Notes: a model not told the origin generated them from the sequence alone. DNA of 64,000 bases from Gnetum montanum (GCA_015680685.1 MNCI01001563.1:311380-375379), one strand, 5' to 3'; counted from the first letter of the stretch, positions 14,026 through 26,916 are shown. Program-made: numbers and translations.

Positions 14026-14916
14026 TGATGAGTAGCAAGTAGACCCTACACCTAACCATATAAATCACTAAGCGTTCACACGTAATCCAATCAAATTCCA
14101 TGGATTTATAGCCTTCTGAGTACACTAGTCTCTAAGAAGTGAAACTAACCATTGCAATCTTGTCTTCCCAATTACACTTGTGAATTGCAAAGGTATGGTT
14201 AAGTGCAACTAAGGCATATCATTTTTGTCATTTTTATGTTTTATGTTCTAAGTTACCTAAGAATAAAGAATAGAAAATTAAAGATATTTAATTGCTAATT
14301 TAATCTAACTAGCTAATGTTTAACTAAAACTAGCATAGGCATGTGTTCCCACTTACTGTAAACATCCTAAACACATTTAATGCTATAGGCTACCAAACAT
14401 TAAGCATTACTAGGATTACCAAGTGCCAAGTGTATGCTCGAAGTGGTGGTACTTATGTGCTTAATTTATCACTATTTAATCTAGCTTAATCACTTACTTA
14501 ATTAATTATTTAATTACTTAAAGCATTAAAGGAAATTGCATAAAATACTAAATGCATAAAGGAAATAATTAATCTATTTCAAAGTATTTCAAGGTTTATT
14601 AGAAAGCTTGTCTTTATTGCCACACACACTACCATAGGTACAATAGTGCTTGAATAAAGATTTGTACACTCTTTGACTCTTACTATGGGCACTTAGAAAA
14701 ATATTCTAACTTTCAAACAAGAAAACTACAAGAGCTCCACTACAACTATGAGACTTATGTCCTCAATGTGGCTAGTGAGTGCGTATTTATAGTTGAAAAT
14801 AGATAGCATGTTGATGGGGCCACATCAATGCATCAAATCCCACGTCAACATGGCCACATCGATGGGGTCTCATCAACAAAGTTGCATCAATGTGGCCTTA
14901 TTGACATGACTCATCA
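14026..14916 (-). repeat. 5' LTR (891 bp) of element 2
   Basis: TGATGAG..CTCATCA termini, adjacent PBS, homology to 298-1237. Confidence 0.88.
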
Positions 14917-14919
14917 GTA

Positions 14920-15828
14920 GTCATAGCATAAAAAAGAAATACATATAACTAATCTTCAAGGGCTTTTGCATAACCTTAAAACCCACTCTCCGTAGAAGAG
15001 TTGTATCCATCTTTAACTTTTAATTCTAAGATGATGTGAAGCTAAGTGAAGCTTGCTAATAGTAATTTGAAACATGATTGGAATAGTAGCTGAGAGGTAG
15101 TAAGGTTCTACATCTAATTTATTAGGTCTCAGGTGATGTAAATAAATTTATTTTTTTTCCTTCTACATTACACCACATCTATGTTAAAACCTTTTGCTTA
15201 ATCAATTTGTAAATATACTTATGATTTTTTTGAAAGTCCCCTCAAGAGATATTCCATTTTCTCAACCAATTCATTCCTTGAAATGCCAAACATAGTCTTG
15301 TGAATTCTCAAGAACTCATTTAGACATTTTATCTTACTTTAAGATATACAAACTATGAGTATATGTAATGAATTAGTATATAACTTCTGCTTCTAAAGAT
15401 AAGAAATCATAGTCACATAATAATATTAAGGTATTTTCATCTTCACCTTTAAATTTATAACTCAACATTGCTCACCAGAATCAAACCTATAACTTGGATC
15501 TTTCAAATCAAGATTCTTATCATTAAGTTAATATGTCATTATCATGTAATGTAGGAAACAAAGCCATTAATTTTACATCTTTCACTGAAGTTCAAAATTT
15601 CATAAGTGAAATAGGATGTTTATTTAATTTTTTATTAAAAAGATTTATGGATGGATGTATCAATAGAGTAAATCCAATCTCACATATACATTCATTTTTT
15701 AAGCCTCTTCAATCATAGGGAATCCTTATCCATTAGAGCCAAGCTTAGACCAATCAAATGCCTATATATTCTTTGGAAAATCATATTTTACATGTAGTAA
15801 TTTCATCAATTAAATATTCAATAAACAT
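14920..15828 (-). pseudogene. Possible decayed ORF of unknown function (weak resemblance to 30K movement proteins)
   Basis: Manual translation from ATG 15828: MFIEYLIDEITTCKI*FSKEYIGI*LV*AWL*WIRIPYD*RGLKNECICEIGFTLLIHPSINLFNKKLNKHPISLMKF*TSVKDVKLMALFPTLHDNDILT/LNDKNLDL; coding status is uncertain. Confidence 0.3.
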
Positions 15829-16107
15829 TTTTATCAATTCATCATTCATCATTATTTGTCAATATTCATAAACCCTTATCTATTCATTATTTAACACTTC
15901 AATAATTTTCATCATTCATCATCAATTTATTCTATTTAGCAATATTCATCAATTAATCAATCCAAGAAGTTGAACAATCATATTCAAGACCACTCTTGTT
16001 TAACAAATTTCAACTATCAAATCAAGTCTAAATTTTTTAGGTAGGTAGATTGTTGAAAAAGTTTTGTATGGACTCATCATTTCTATCTTCATTTCTCTAT
16101 TCCAATA

Positions 16108-16682
16108 TGTGACATCCCATCCCCGGATGTCATGGCAAACATCAAATATACAATATATTAGACACTATGCGTTTGAAGAAAATATACCAAATGCTAAATA
16201 TTTGTGATATTCAACATTATGTATAAAGAAAATAATAGGAAAAATGTAGAAAAAGAAATAAAAGGATGCTTTATTGATATAGAATATCATATCTAGATCA
16301 TGATTTGAGGGTGTTCCTTCTGATTTTCTTCTTTTGGCATCTATCCATTAGAGGCAATCTAGCATTGCCATCATAGTTAGGCCTAAAACCTAGCCAGAAG
16401 GGATGGCTAGTTCACTTCTTGTCCCACTTCATCCGATTTTCCATGACTTTCTTGTACCAACTGTACCACTCCATGCCTGGCATAACCTCTAACTTTGGTA
16501 TAAATCCCTTAGGTCAAACCCCCAAATGTCACCTTGAGAGACATGTCCATTATTAAAACATGCCCTTTCAAGTCTCAATTACAACTACCCTTTCAAGTCT
16601 TGTTAAGATAATAATAACACTTGTTATAAAGAGACACCATCTTCACTAGGCAGTAGCATCATTTAGGAATGGGGATGTGACA
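16108..16682 (-). repeat. 3' LTR of the CCR4-carrying element
   Basis: Colinear along its whole length with 21062-21635; TG..CA ends. Confidence 0.9.
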
Positions 16683-17112
16683 AATTTCCCACTTTAGGTT
16701 TCATTCATTCTCAAACAGGTCCACATTCTCTATCTTTTTCCAACTCCAATGCTTTCTTTCATGATCCTATGCTTCAATAATTTGATTTCTCCTTTAAAAT
16801 TGAAGTTATTTCTTACTTATTCTATAAACAAAATATATGTGAGAAAAATATATGGAAAATTAAATATTACTTTCTTGATAGTTACTTCAAAATGAAAAAA
16901 GATGAATTAAAGATTTATCAACCACCAATCATCAGTCCTAACTAGGATCACACAAAGTGCAACTTGAATTTGGTTACCCAAGTGAAGGTAGGGCAAATTA
17001 TTTATCCCTAATTTTTATTATCTTAGATATTTTACTTATCTAATTGAAATATAAATTGAACAATTAATAAAATAATAAGATTAATCAAATAAAAGTAAGA
17101 GTGAGATACTTC

Positions 17113-18304
17113 TTAATCTTGATGAACCTTATGAACTGATGGGAGTAATTGTAATTCTACCATAAGTGGTATGTGATCAAATGGTCTTGTTTGAGATGGT
17201 AAGGATTGATCTTGACTCTTCTTAACTTCTTCTTTAGAAATTAACTCTAGTAACTTGGTAACTTGAAAGAATCGGACATCGTACCAAATATAATCCAAAG
17301 TCCCAATGAAGAATGTTGTTGACCCATCCTCATTAATCATAGTATACTAATTGGTAAAATATGGTTTTTTATGTGTTATCCATCAACATCATCTATTCTT
17401 GAATTCTAGAGTCTAATTTATCTATTGAAGATTCAAAATAAGTAGAATATGCATTGGCCAATGGAATTGCATATTAAATTAATGGAAACATCTTTTTCAA
17501 TTCAAGTTCATCTTCCAAAATTCCTTTACAAATCCATATTTTAATAATTGATAAACACTACTTCCAACTTTTGCATTGAAGTCTTCACAAAGAATAAATG
17601 GAAATGGATCGGTATAACTTAGGAATAACTTCTTCTTCAAATTCTCTTCTATTTGCATAATCAAGTATGCTCCTTGACAAAGTCTAACATCTGAACATGT
17701 TGGTTTGGCAATTAAATGTGTGTTAGCCATGCATACACATCTTCCTAATAATTGAATTTTTAAAATTAATGCCAAGGCTATGTGATTTTTTTAAAAATCT
17801 TAACTATTCTTTCTTTTCCATCACTTGAAGTTCTAGAATTTCAAAAATCATATTTTCTAAACTCCATTCAAATCTTTGTACTAATTCAAACTTGTCTTCT
17901 TTATAAAATATCACACAGCCATCTATGTTGTGATTTCTACAATATGCTAATCGATATGACTCAGAAGAAGAATTTCCATAAGAAACTTTTTACTTATAAA
18001 TACCTCTATATCCCAGCTTTTCCAAATCTAATTCAAATTGATATAGAAATTCCCATGGCAAGACTTCTTGTAAGCATAAGACATCAACATTCAAATCTTC
18101 TAACTTTGCTAAGATGCATGGATATCGATATTCATGCCAATCCAAGGCCCATGATGGACATAGCGGATCTTGTTTCTCACTCACTAGTGATCTTGTAAGC
18201 ACATTGTATGTTGCAACTTTCATTCTCATTCTTGGATTCTGTTTTGAATCATTTCTCTTCATGTGTATCATACTCCTTGTTGAAATAAGATTTTGAGTCT
18301 CCAT
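17113..18304 (-). pseudogene. Intronless CCR4/nocturnin-family (EEP superfamily) deadenylase, disrupted
   Basis: Ordered motifs VATYNVL, CPSWALDW..R, DVLCLQEV, DGCVIFYK, CMANTH, DVRLCQ, PFILCEDFN, SSVYQLL, FIGTLDYIWY, LPS..PFDHIPL across ORFs 17990-18304, 17497-17775, 17113-17340 and the gaps between them. Confidence 0.9.
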
Positions 18305-19366
18305 GTTGTTTTTGCCATATTTTTTGATTGCAAGATAGATTAATTTACCATTTTCTTAATGGTTGAAGATTGTTCTATTTCTTCAACTAATTCTCCAACT
18401 AATACATCAACTGATAATTAACTAATACATCAACTAATAATCAACTACATCAATTGAATAACTACATTATCTATTTTTATAATTACATTATCTAATTTTA
18501 GTAATATTTAATGACATCATATAATTTTAGTAATATGTAACTATATTATCTAATTCTTAATAGCCTTTCTTCCCCCTTTAAGAACACTAACTCTAGTAGT
18601 GTAATTAATGACATGCCATAGTGATCTTAAGACTATATGTAAGGGTTATGCACTAAATCTTAAAGCCCAAAGGTTAAGTTTATGATATCATCAAAATATT
18701 GGATGTCCAAATGATAAATTTGACCTTACCATTGAGTTCAAAAGGGTGAAAAATGTTGGAAATGACTATTCATATGTTGAAAATGAACATCATATTCTTG
18801 AGTGATGCCAAAATTAAACTTTTGAGGATCTCGAGGCACTATATCAAGCAAGAAGTAAAAACTAATTTTTTGGATTCCTTGGGATAGATTTGACTCCACC
18901 ATTGGGTCCAAAAGGTTGAAACTTATATGAAATGACTCTTCATTCACTGAAAAAGGCTTTTGAAATCAAAAGTTATGGCTTCTAGAGTCTAAGACCTTTG
19001 GCACGAAAAATGAGACTTTCCGAGAGGTTACTCATCCCAGTTCTATTCCAAGGAAGTGCACTTAATTACAAAATTTTTATCCCCTTTGCTACCAAGGTGC
19101 AAATTTGAATTTTTGAAAATCTTTTTGCACGTTCTTAATTTAAATTAAGAATTAATGATGAAAAAAATTTAAAATTTTTCTATCAACTAACAAAATTTTT
19201 TAAAATTCCCATCAATTATTGAGAAATTTGAATTTCCTATCTACCAACAAAATGTTTACTGCATTGATGATGCCTATTTCAAGTTCCACATCACCCTCCT
19301 CTGGGGCAGCATGACCCATCTCAAGGCTTGTGTAGCCCATCACTGAGCTTGTGTGTGTTCAAAGGA

Positions 19367-19585
19367 GAGGCAATTTCTAGCGACATCTAGAGAGGCAATT
19401 TGTGGTATCACAGAAGGTAATTTATGGTGGCACAAGAGGTGTTTTGTGGTAGCCTAGGAGGTAGTTTATGATTTCCCAAGAGGTAGTTTGTGATAGCACA
19501 GGAGGTGGTTTATGATGGTGTAAGAGGCAGTTTATGGAAAAATGGGAGGTGGTTTATGTTAATGTGGGAGGCAATTTATGGCAGC
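19367..19585. repeat. Degenerate 22-bp minisatellite, ~10 copies
   Basis: Units such as GAGGTAGTTTGTGATAGCACAG and GAGGTGGTTTATGATGGTGTAA. Confidence 0.85.
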
Positions 19586-21061
19586 AAAAATGATAGGTGA
19601 CAAGCAGGAAAATGATGTTTGTTTTAGAAGTGGCAGTTACAATTGCAGTTGTAGGGAAACATGAGGAAAGGTAGTAGGCATGGTAGGCAATGTGCATAGA
19701 TGAGTGGCAGCAAATGCAAGGCATTGTGCAACAATAGGTGGCAAGGCAACAATGGCTAGTAAGGAAATGAGCATGCGATAGGGGGTAGTGGATGTGAGGT
19801 GGTCAACAATGGGTGCATGGAAATGGTAGCAAACAAGCGATAGTGGATAGGATGGAGATAGGTGCAAGCATGGTGCAATGATAGATGGCAAAAGGCATAG
19901 GTGTGGTGCAATGGAAGGTTGCCCTTAGGGTTGGCCGAAGGGCCAGTTCCTTTGGAGTCGTAGCTAGCAGCAAGCCTGGTCATAGCTACTAGCATAGTTG
20001 ATCACAATCAACAGAAAGACTAATCGTGGCCCTCTTGAGGATTAAAATTTTTAATTTTAATTATTATTATATTTGTTTAAATGGATTTTTAATATTAAGG
20101 GGTGGGGGGTTTGAACCCACAACCTCCTAGTTACAAAACACTTTTTAAAAATTATTTTTAATTCTTTATATATATATATATATATATTAAGGTATGGGGC
20201 TGGGGTTTGAACCCACAACCTCCCACTTTAGAAGTTTTTTTAAACTTTTTATTATTATTTTAATCATCTTGCCTCAACAGTTGACGTGGTGGTTTGGCCA
20301 ATAACAAGGTAGGGATTCAATATGGATAAATGGCAATTCTGGGTTAATTTCTAACCCTAAAATTTTAACATTTTTTTAATAATAATTTTTTTATTTTTAA
20401 ATAATAATAATAATTTAATATTATTTTAATGCATGTATGATGACAAAATTTAAACATCAATATCTCCCAAATGGTAAGTCCAATCGAAACAAAATTTGTA
20501 CCATTGGAATTATCTCGACGAGTACTACACATTGGACATAATTTTAGGTTTAAAAATAAAGTTAAATTGTAAGAAATTAAAAGGATAAATAAGCCTATTT
20601 TGTTGAATTGACATTTCTAGGCTGACATATGGTAACTTGAAATATTTCAGAGTACTTGAATAGCAAATTTCAACAAAACCAAAAATCAATTCAAGTCATG
20701 ATTACTAACTTTTTAGGAGAAAATTAACAATGATCTTAATCAATTACTATTTATAGTATTAAGATGGGTAAGAGTTACCTGGATCGATGTATCATTATCT
20801 TACCAACATCTCTTATAATTAATGAATCTTAATGAGGTGTGATCAAATCTTCATCAGTTAATGATATCCATGAAATAATTTTGTTGGTTGTTCAGATCTA
20901 GATGCCTAATTCCTTGTTTGTGAAATCAATGGAAAGGTATCTTCTAACTTACATCATAGACATATGGTGCATCTGGTGATGATCAATGGCTTTCAAGTTC
21001 ATGTTCTAGTCAATCCATGGTTGTGAATGACCCTTGGGTCGTGGTTTGCTTTAATACCAAT

Positions 21062-21635
21062 TGTGACATCCCATCCCCAAATGTCATGCAAACATTAAAT
21101 ATACAATATATTAGACATTGTGCATATGAAGAAAATATACCAAATGCGGAATATATGTGATATTCAACATTATGTATAAAGGAAGTAATAGAAAAAATAC
21201 AAAAAGAGAAAGAAAAGGATGCTTTATTTATATGGAATATCGTATCTGAATTATGCTTTGAGGGTGTTCCTTGGGGTTTTCTTCCTTTTCCATCTATCCC
21301 ATAGAGGTAATCCAGCACTGCCACCACATTTAGGCCTATAACCCAGCCAGAAGGGATGGCCAATCCACTTTCTCTCCCCCTTCACCCTGCTTTCCATGAC
21401 TTGCCTATACCAGCTCCACCACTCCATGCTTGGCATGATCTCTAACCTGGGTATAAATGCCTTAGGTCAAACCCCCAAAGGTCACCTTGAGAGATACATC
21501 TATTATTACAACATGCCCTTTTGAGTCTCAATTACAACTATGCTTTTGAGTCTTATTAAGATAAAAATAACACTTGTTATGAAGAGACACCATCTTCATT
21601 AGGCAAAAGCATCATTTGGGAATGGGGATGTGACA
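21062..21635 (-). repeat. 5' LTR of the CCR4-carrying element
   Basis: Repeat of 16108-16682; followed on the minus strand by a 2-nt spacer and the tRNA-iMet PBS. Confidence 0.9.
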
Positions 21636-22129
21636 TAGTATCTCACAAGTAGTATTAGTTTTTTTTAAGACTGTTGGCTTTGGTAGCAATGCCTCATTGC
21701 TTTCTTCTATTATCACTGGTGTTGTCAATATTCTCTTCATTATTGTTTCCATTAACTTTGTTGATAAGGTTAGCAACCATTTTTTATTTATCTAGGATGG
21801 TGTATAGATGTTCATGTGACAGGTACTAGTGAGAGTAATTCTTAAATGGAAATTTGAAGTGGTTGTGATAGAGGTCTAACTGATTTTGAACCTAGGGATA
21901 TAGCATTTGAATCATGATGTGATTCAGGCATAAGCTTCAAAGACAATGTTGAGTAGATTGCCAAGAACACTCATGTATATCATTGCATTTAGAAAGTGTA
22001 AAATAGATTATAATACTTATGATACAATCCAAATCAATGTAACCATGGAAAGAGAGATAAGAAAATATTTATAATTTTATATTTTATGATTTTTATGTAT
22101 TTTATAGTTATAAAGAATAAAGTAAAAAT

Positions 22130-22660
22130 AAACACACATGCATCATAATACCTCAGGGAATAGGTGCAACACCACAAACAAAATGCAATGAAATGGCTCT
22201 TAGTCACAACCTCGATGGCCTAACACCATGCCATACAGTTGTGACCTCCTTAGGTAAGGTTGAGTCATCGTAGCTTATGAAAATGAAAATCAAACAAATA
22301 TTTTTAGGATTTTAATGTATTATAATATTTTTGGTATTTTTAAGGTTTAAGGCATCAATGGTAAAAATGCAAAAAAAAAAACCACTTGGAAACAAGGGCA
22401 ATGCTCACACACACATGTATTACAATCCCTTAAGGGGTAGGTGCAACACCACATATAAAATGCAATGAAATGTCTCCTAATTACAACCTTAATAACCTAA
22501 CATCATGTCATATAGTTGTGGCCTCTTTGGATAAGGTTGAGTCATCGTAGCTTATGAAAATGCTAATTAAACAAATATTTTTAGGGTTGTACTATTTTAT
22601 AATATTTTTGGTATTTTTAAGATTGAAGGCATTAATGGTAAAAATGAGAAAAAACCATAA
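22130..22660. repeat. ~277-bp tandem repeat (about 2 copies) in retroelement-like non-coding DNA
   Basis: GGTGCAACACCACA at 22163 and 22440; GAGTCATCGTAGCTTATGAAAATG at 22262 and 22539. Confidence 0.85.
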
Positions 22661-25600
22661 ACTTTATTTATTGTACAAACATTGGAGTCTACATTGGCCA
22701 AATGATTTCAAGCTACATAAGCAATGTAGCACTCTAATAAAGTCTAGCCACACTTATGAAAGTGATGACTTAAAACATACATAAATAGGAAAGGAAATTA
22801 ACTTACCTAAGGGAGGAAGATCTCTTCACACAATTTGAATTCCATAAGCCCAAAATGACTAAGTAAAACTTGTCAGTGTATGAGAACTCTCCTCAGGTAT
22901 TTATAGTTTTTACATTAAAACAAATAGGATTCCTTAATGCTTAGATACCAATGAAGGGTCGTTGATGCCATACTAGCCAACCTAAGTCACACTACAATTG
23001 AGAAGGATAAAAGCACCTCCATTAGCCACAAATGATCACTTTCCCATTAGAACAAGATGGAACTTAAAAGAAATGGCCAGAATGACCTTGGGACATCCGA
23101 ACAAAGTCAAAATCATTTGAAAGGATCTGGAATCAAGCATGAAACCTCAAACTATGATACAAGAGGTAAGGATGCATCACTGAGGACTAATAACCTTAAT
23201 CAAACTCACTAGACTACAAACACAAAGTGGACAAAATACTTCCTTGGATCTAAGGCTTACAATCAACATATAAATTACCACTAGATGCTTCATCATTTCC
23301 CCATGATTAGATAAAACTAGTTCCATAGCTTTAACATTCAAGACATAATGACTAAGACTAGACATATGAAAAGGCTAATGTGGAGGAATATAATTGTATA
23401 AATACTTTGACACAAGACTCATTACAAAACTACCACTGTGAGAAGAGAAATTCCTGGGCATGAAGACTAGTAGGAAGAGTCCTTAGTACACTTGTGGAAC
23501 TAGAAATGCCTTCAATGTGATGGATGATCTCTAGTATATCCTCTTTAATTTATCTTTAGTTGTTGATTGTTGTGCATGTCCTGCTTGTAGTTTTGAAACA
23601 TGACTACTTAACCTTCAAATTTACCTCTCACAAGAGGCTCTTAAGGTTTGGATTAAGCAAGTATTCTCCAGGTGGTACTAAATGATGTTTCCCTCATGGG
23701 CTCAAAGGTGCACTTTCCAAGGCATATTGGACTACAATGATGCTAAAAATCATGTGAGATCATTAAGCATTAAACCACCAATGCAAAAATCATGCAAGAA
23801 AACAATAGTAAGTATAATTTTTAAGGAAAGCATGAAGAACAACTTCACAAGCCAATGCCAAGCACATACATGGATATGACAACAAGATAAGATCAAAAAT
23901 TGCATACCCAATAGTGTCTCTTTTCCATAATTAAGCTATGAGAAACTAGACTTGAATAACATTAACTATTAACATGCACTAGAGAACATCGACATAATGA
24001 CCAAATATGTAAGCATGGAAGATAATAAATCAAAAATAATCTAAAATTGGTGATACCAATACCAAAGTAAATCGAGATAACAAAACACACAAGAAAAAAA
24101 TGAAAGTGAAAGAGGATAGTCTTGGTTAAATCATTAAACTCATTGATTCATAACAACACACGTGGAAGATTAATCAAGTGTCTTATTCCTTACAACTATA
24201 ACAATCCTAGGATTTAAGCTTGAGCTCACCCATTCACAATTCCACATCATCAAGGATTCACAAGTGGATCCTCCTAATAGTAGGCTCCTACCTTTTTTTT
24301 CCTTATGAATTTTGTTGATGGGACACCCATGGATTTCCAAAAACTAGTTAAACCTTAGCATCCAACACGATTCCATCCCCTTGGAGGGCTAATTCTATCC
24401 TCTACTTTGCCTAGTTAACTTTCTATCCTACACAATAATGGACAAGACATGGAATGAAATGAATGAAGAATGCATGATGGACAAGAGAGGGAGAGAAAAT
24501 GAAACATCACCAAATCTCTATCCAGCTATTCAATTGGCCCATGAAGCATGTGAACACATCCTATATGTTGGGAGAGATCCACTTCCATGTCCCAACACTA
24601 TTAGTCATCCACCTAGTAGGGATAGGTTTTTAAGTCCCGCTTCTAAGTGCAAGGTCATACCTACCACCACCCATACCATCTAGCCTTGCTTATTCCATAG
24701 TCTAACCATTGGTGAAATCAAACAATAGAACACAACATAAAACATCCAAACATCAAGATTATGATTTGGTTTTCCTCCACCCATGCATGTATGCATGTCA
24801 ACCTCCCCGAATTTTTCTCTACCAGAATCCTCCTGTCGATTCCTCTTGTTATGCTTACTAATCCCAATCCCAATAGATATTATAACATCATGACCAAGAG
24901 ATGATGGATATGGCCATGGTTTAGGTCAATAGTTACAATTTTGACCCCTAAAAACAAATGAATGTAGGAATTGTGTGGAAGCAATAATTGACATTACCAA
25001 AGTTCACTAAGGAAGAGACTTCTAGGCCTTCATGACCTTGAGTATGAATAAAGTAGGAGATTATCATGAATTATTACATTAGAATTCAAGTCGTCAAAAA
25101 AATGCATTAAACATAAGGAAGGCTTACATGGTTATCATTTCAATCACTTTCTTTGACTTAATTAAGCAATTGCATGATTGATCAAGATAAAAAAAAGTAC
25201 CAATTTTTGTGTGCCAATAACTCTAAGATTACATTGTTCTTTCCATCACCTCTTCTTCTCATCATTTTATTATATATATATATATACTTTTTCTTTCTCT
25301 TTTTTTCATATTTTCTTTTTATGAGAAGAGGGTTCTTGATGTTGCATGAGGGTTATGGGAACAATTGGAGTGTTGGATCACTATCTATCGTCCTTAACTT
25401 ACATGATGGGAAAATGATGTTTGTATGAGTGTGTGAGTTAAGTTCTTAGCTTGAAGTTCTCTTAGATTTAATTCCCCTTTTCATTTTCTTTCTTTCATAC
25501 ATGAGAGTTTTTACAATATAAAAAGTGAATCTCCTTTCATGGGTTCTTCTCTCAAGTTTGATCAAATCCTAAGTGCATGAATTCTCTCAATTCATGCATT

Positions 25601-26916
25601 CTTTCTAGTTTCTTGCAAATTTCTCACGTGTTCATAGTTTCTCATAAATTTTGAAGTTAATTACATGTTTCCTTGTGTTTAAGTTGGTGAATTGAAGGAA
25701 TAGAAGATAGATTAATGCTCAAATTTAAAGGGTTTGACTTCCAATCATCTCATTCATGTTAGTCCATCTAATTCCCATATGCATGTTCATGGCTCAAGGA
25801 AGATGTAACACACATCCTTTTTAATTTGATTTTTCTAATCTTATTTCCTTTGTTATATGAACTTTTTCCAAGCCTCCCAAACTTTTGGAGAAGTATTCCT
25901 ATGTTTTAATCTTAGTTTGATCATGTCTTAAGTGTTAATTGAAAAGGTTATGAAGCATCTTCTATGTAGTTAAGATTTTATGTATGTTGGACATTTTGGA
26001 TAATCTCTTTCAAAATGTGATGTTAATTTTGTATGTCTACCTTAATTGTTAAGTTAAGAGGCTAACATCCTAGTTTAAATTTGATTGACATTTCCAAGTC
26101 ATCATTTAACCTTAATTATTTCTTAATTACTCATTTTAGTTATTTCTCTATTTTTATTAGAACTTGACATCATCATGACACATGGTGATCCATCATTACT
26201 TATGGTGAATAGTTTTAAAATTTCGCATTGACCACTACCTATGGTCAATAACTTTAAAGGTATCATGACTCATGGTCATCTCATGGGATTTCAATTTAAA
26301 GTATAAGGAATTCAAAACAATCACCATGGCATGGTCATGGTCCATGGTCAACTCATGGCTTACTTTAATATTTTTTTTATTTGGAAGATCACAACCAGAT
26401 CATGGTTCATGGCATACTAAACCACAAGCTCATCATAACCTATGATGAACATATCCCAAGCTATCCATGATGTGTTAGGAAGTAGAAAAGAGATAATGAG
26501 TTATCCTTGAATCATGGTACATGAGAAAAAAAGACCGCAACAACCATTACCACACATTGTGGATTTTCTAATGTAGCGAGTTCAAAGGGATCTTATTTCA
26601 CTATGCATCTTTGACACATGCAAATGACACAAAAACTAACATTGCATGTAGGAGATAAAATTATATATGAAGTCACACCTAGTTGAACATTGGACATTAC
26701 TTCTAATTGTGCTATCATGATTGTAATGCTTAAACCCAAGTCTATGTAAGCATCAAGCTAGAATTTCCTTTATTTATACTGTAATCTCATGTAATGCTGA
26801 TGTAATAAGAGAATATTGATGTTTGAGTTTGTTTGTTCAAATTAAGCATATGATAATAATAATGAATTTAAGAAAAATAATAATCAAATGCATTTTAAAT
26901 TTTCAATGTGTGATGC

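Larger units (their letters stand above)
8598..14916 (-). mobile_element. Second Athila-like element, 3'-truncated within the integrase zinc finger
   Basis: Reverse-complement homology to 2800-7820 across gag, protease, RT and RNase H; PBS TGGTGCCATTATCAAGGA (14007-14024, minus); 5' LTR 14026-14916. Confidence 0.88.
16108..21635 (-). mobile_element. Non-autonomous LTR retroelement (5.5 kb) carrying a CCR4-like gene
   Basis: Two ~575-bp direct repeats TGTGACATCCC..GGGATGTGACA; tRNA-iMet PBS TGGTATTAAAGC at 21048-21059; purine-rich AAAGTGGGAAA before the left LTR; flanks CAATA/TAGTA are both derivable from CAGTA; no gag/pol motifs seen inside. Confidence 0.8.

Noticed and set aside
17782-18198. 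138-aa plus-strand ORF
   Set aside because: Antisense shadow of the CCR4-like gene.
17113-18304. EEP domain as a LINE endonuclease
   Set aside because: Motifs (CPSWALDW, CLQEV, DGC.IFYK, ANTH, GTLDYI) and length are CCR4-type, and no RT follows.
19367-19585. CRISPR-like repeat-spacer array
   Set aside because: The period is only 22 bp, the variable tails are related to one another, the context is eukaryotic and there are no cas genes.
20095-20226. tRNA genes
   Set aside because: Only T-arm-like motifs are present; no full cloverleaf.
22700-26900. Defined TE boundaries or genes
   Set aside because: Looks like LTR/UTR-type retroelement DNA, but no paired termini, TSD or protein motifs could be fixed by eye.
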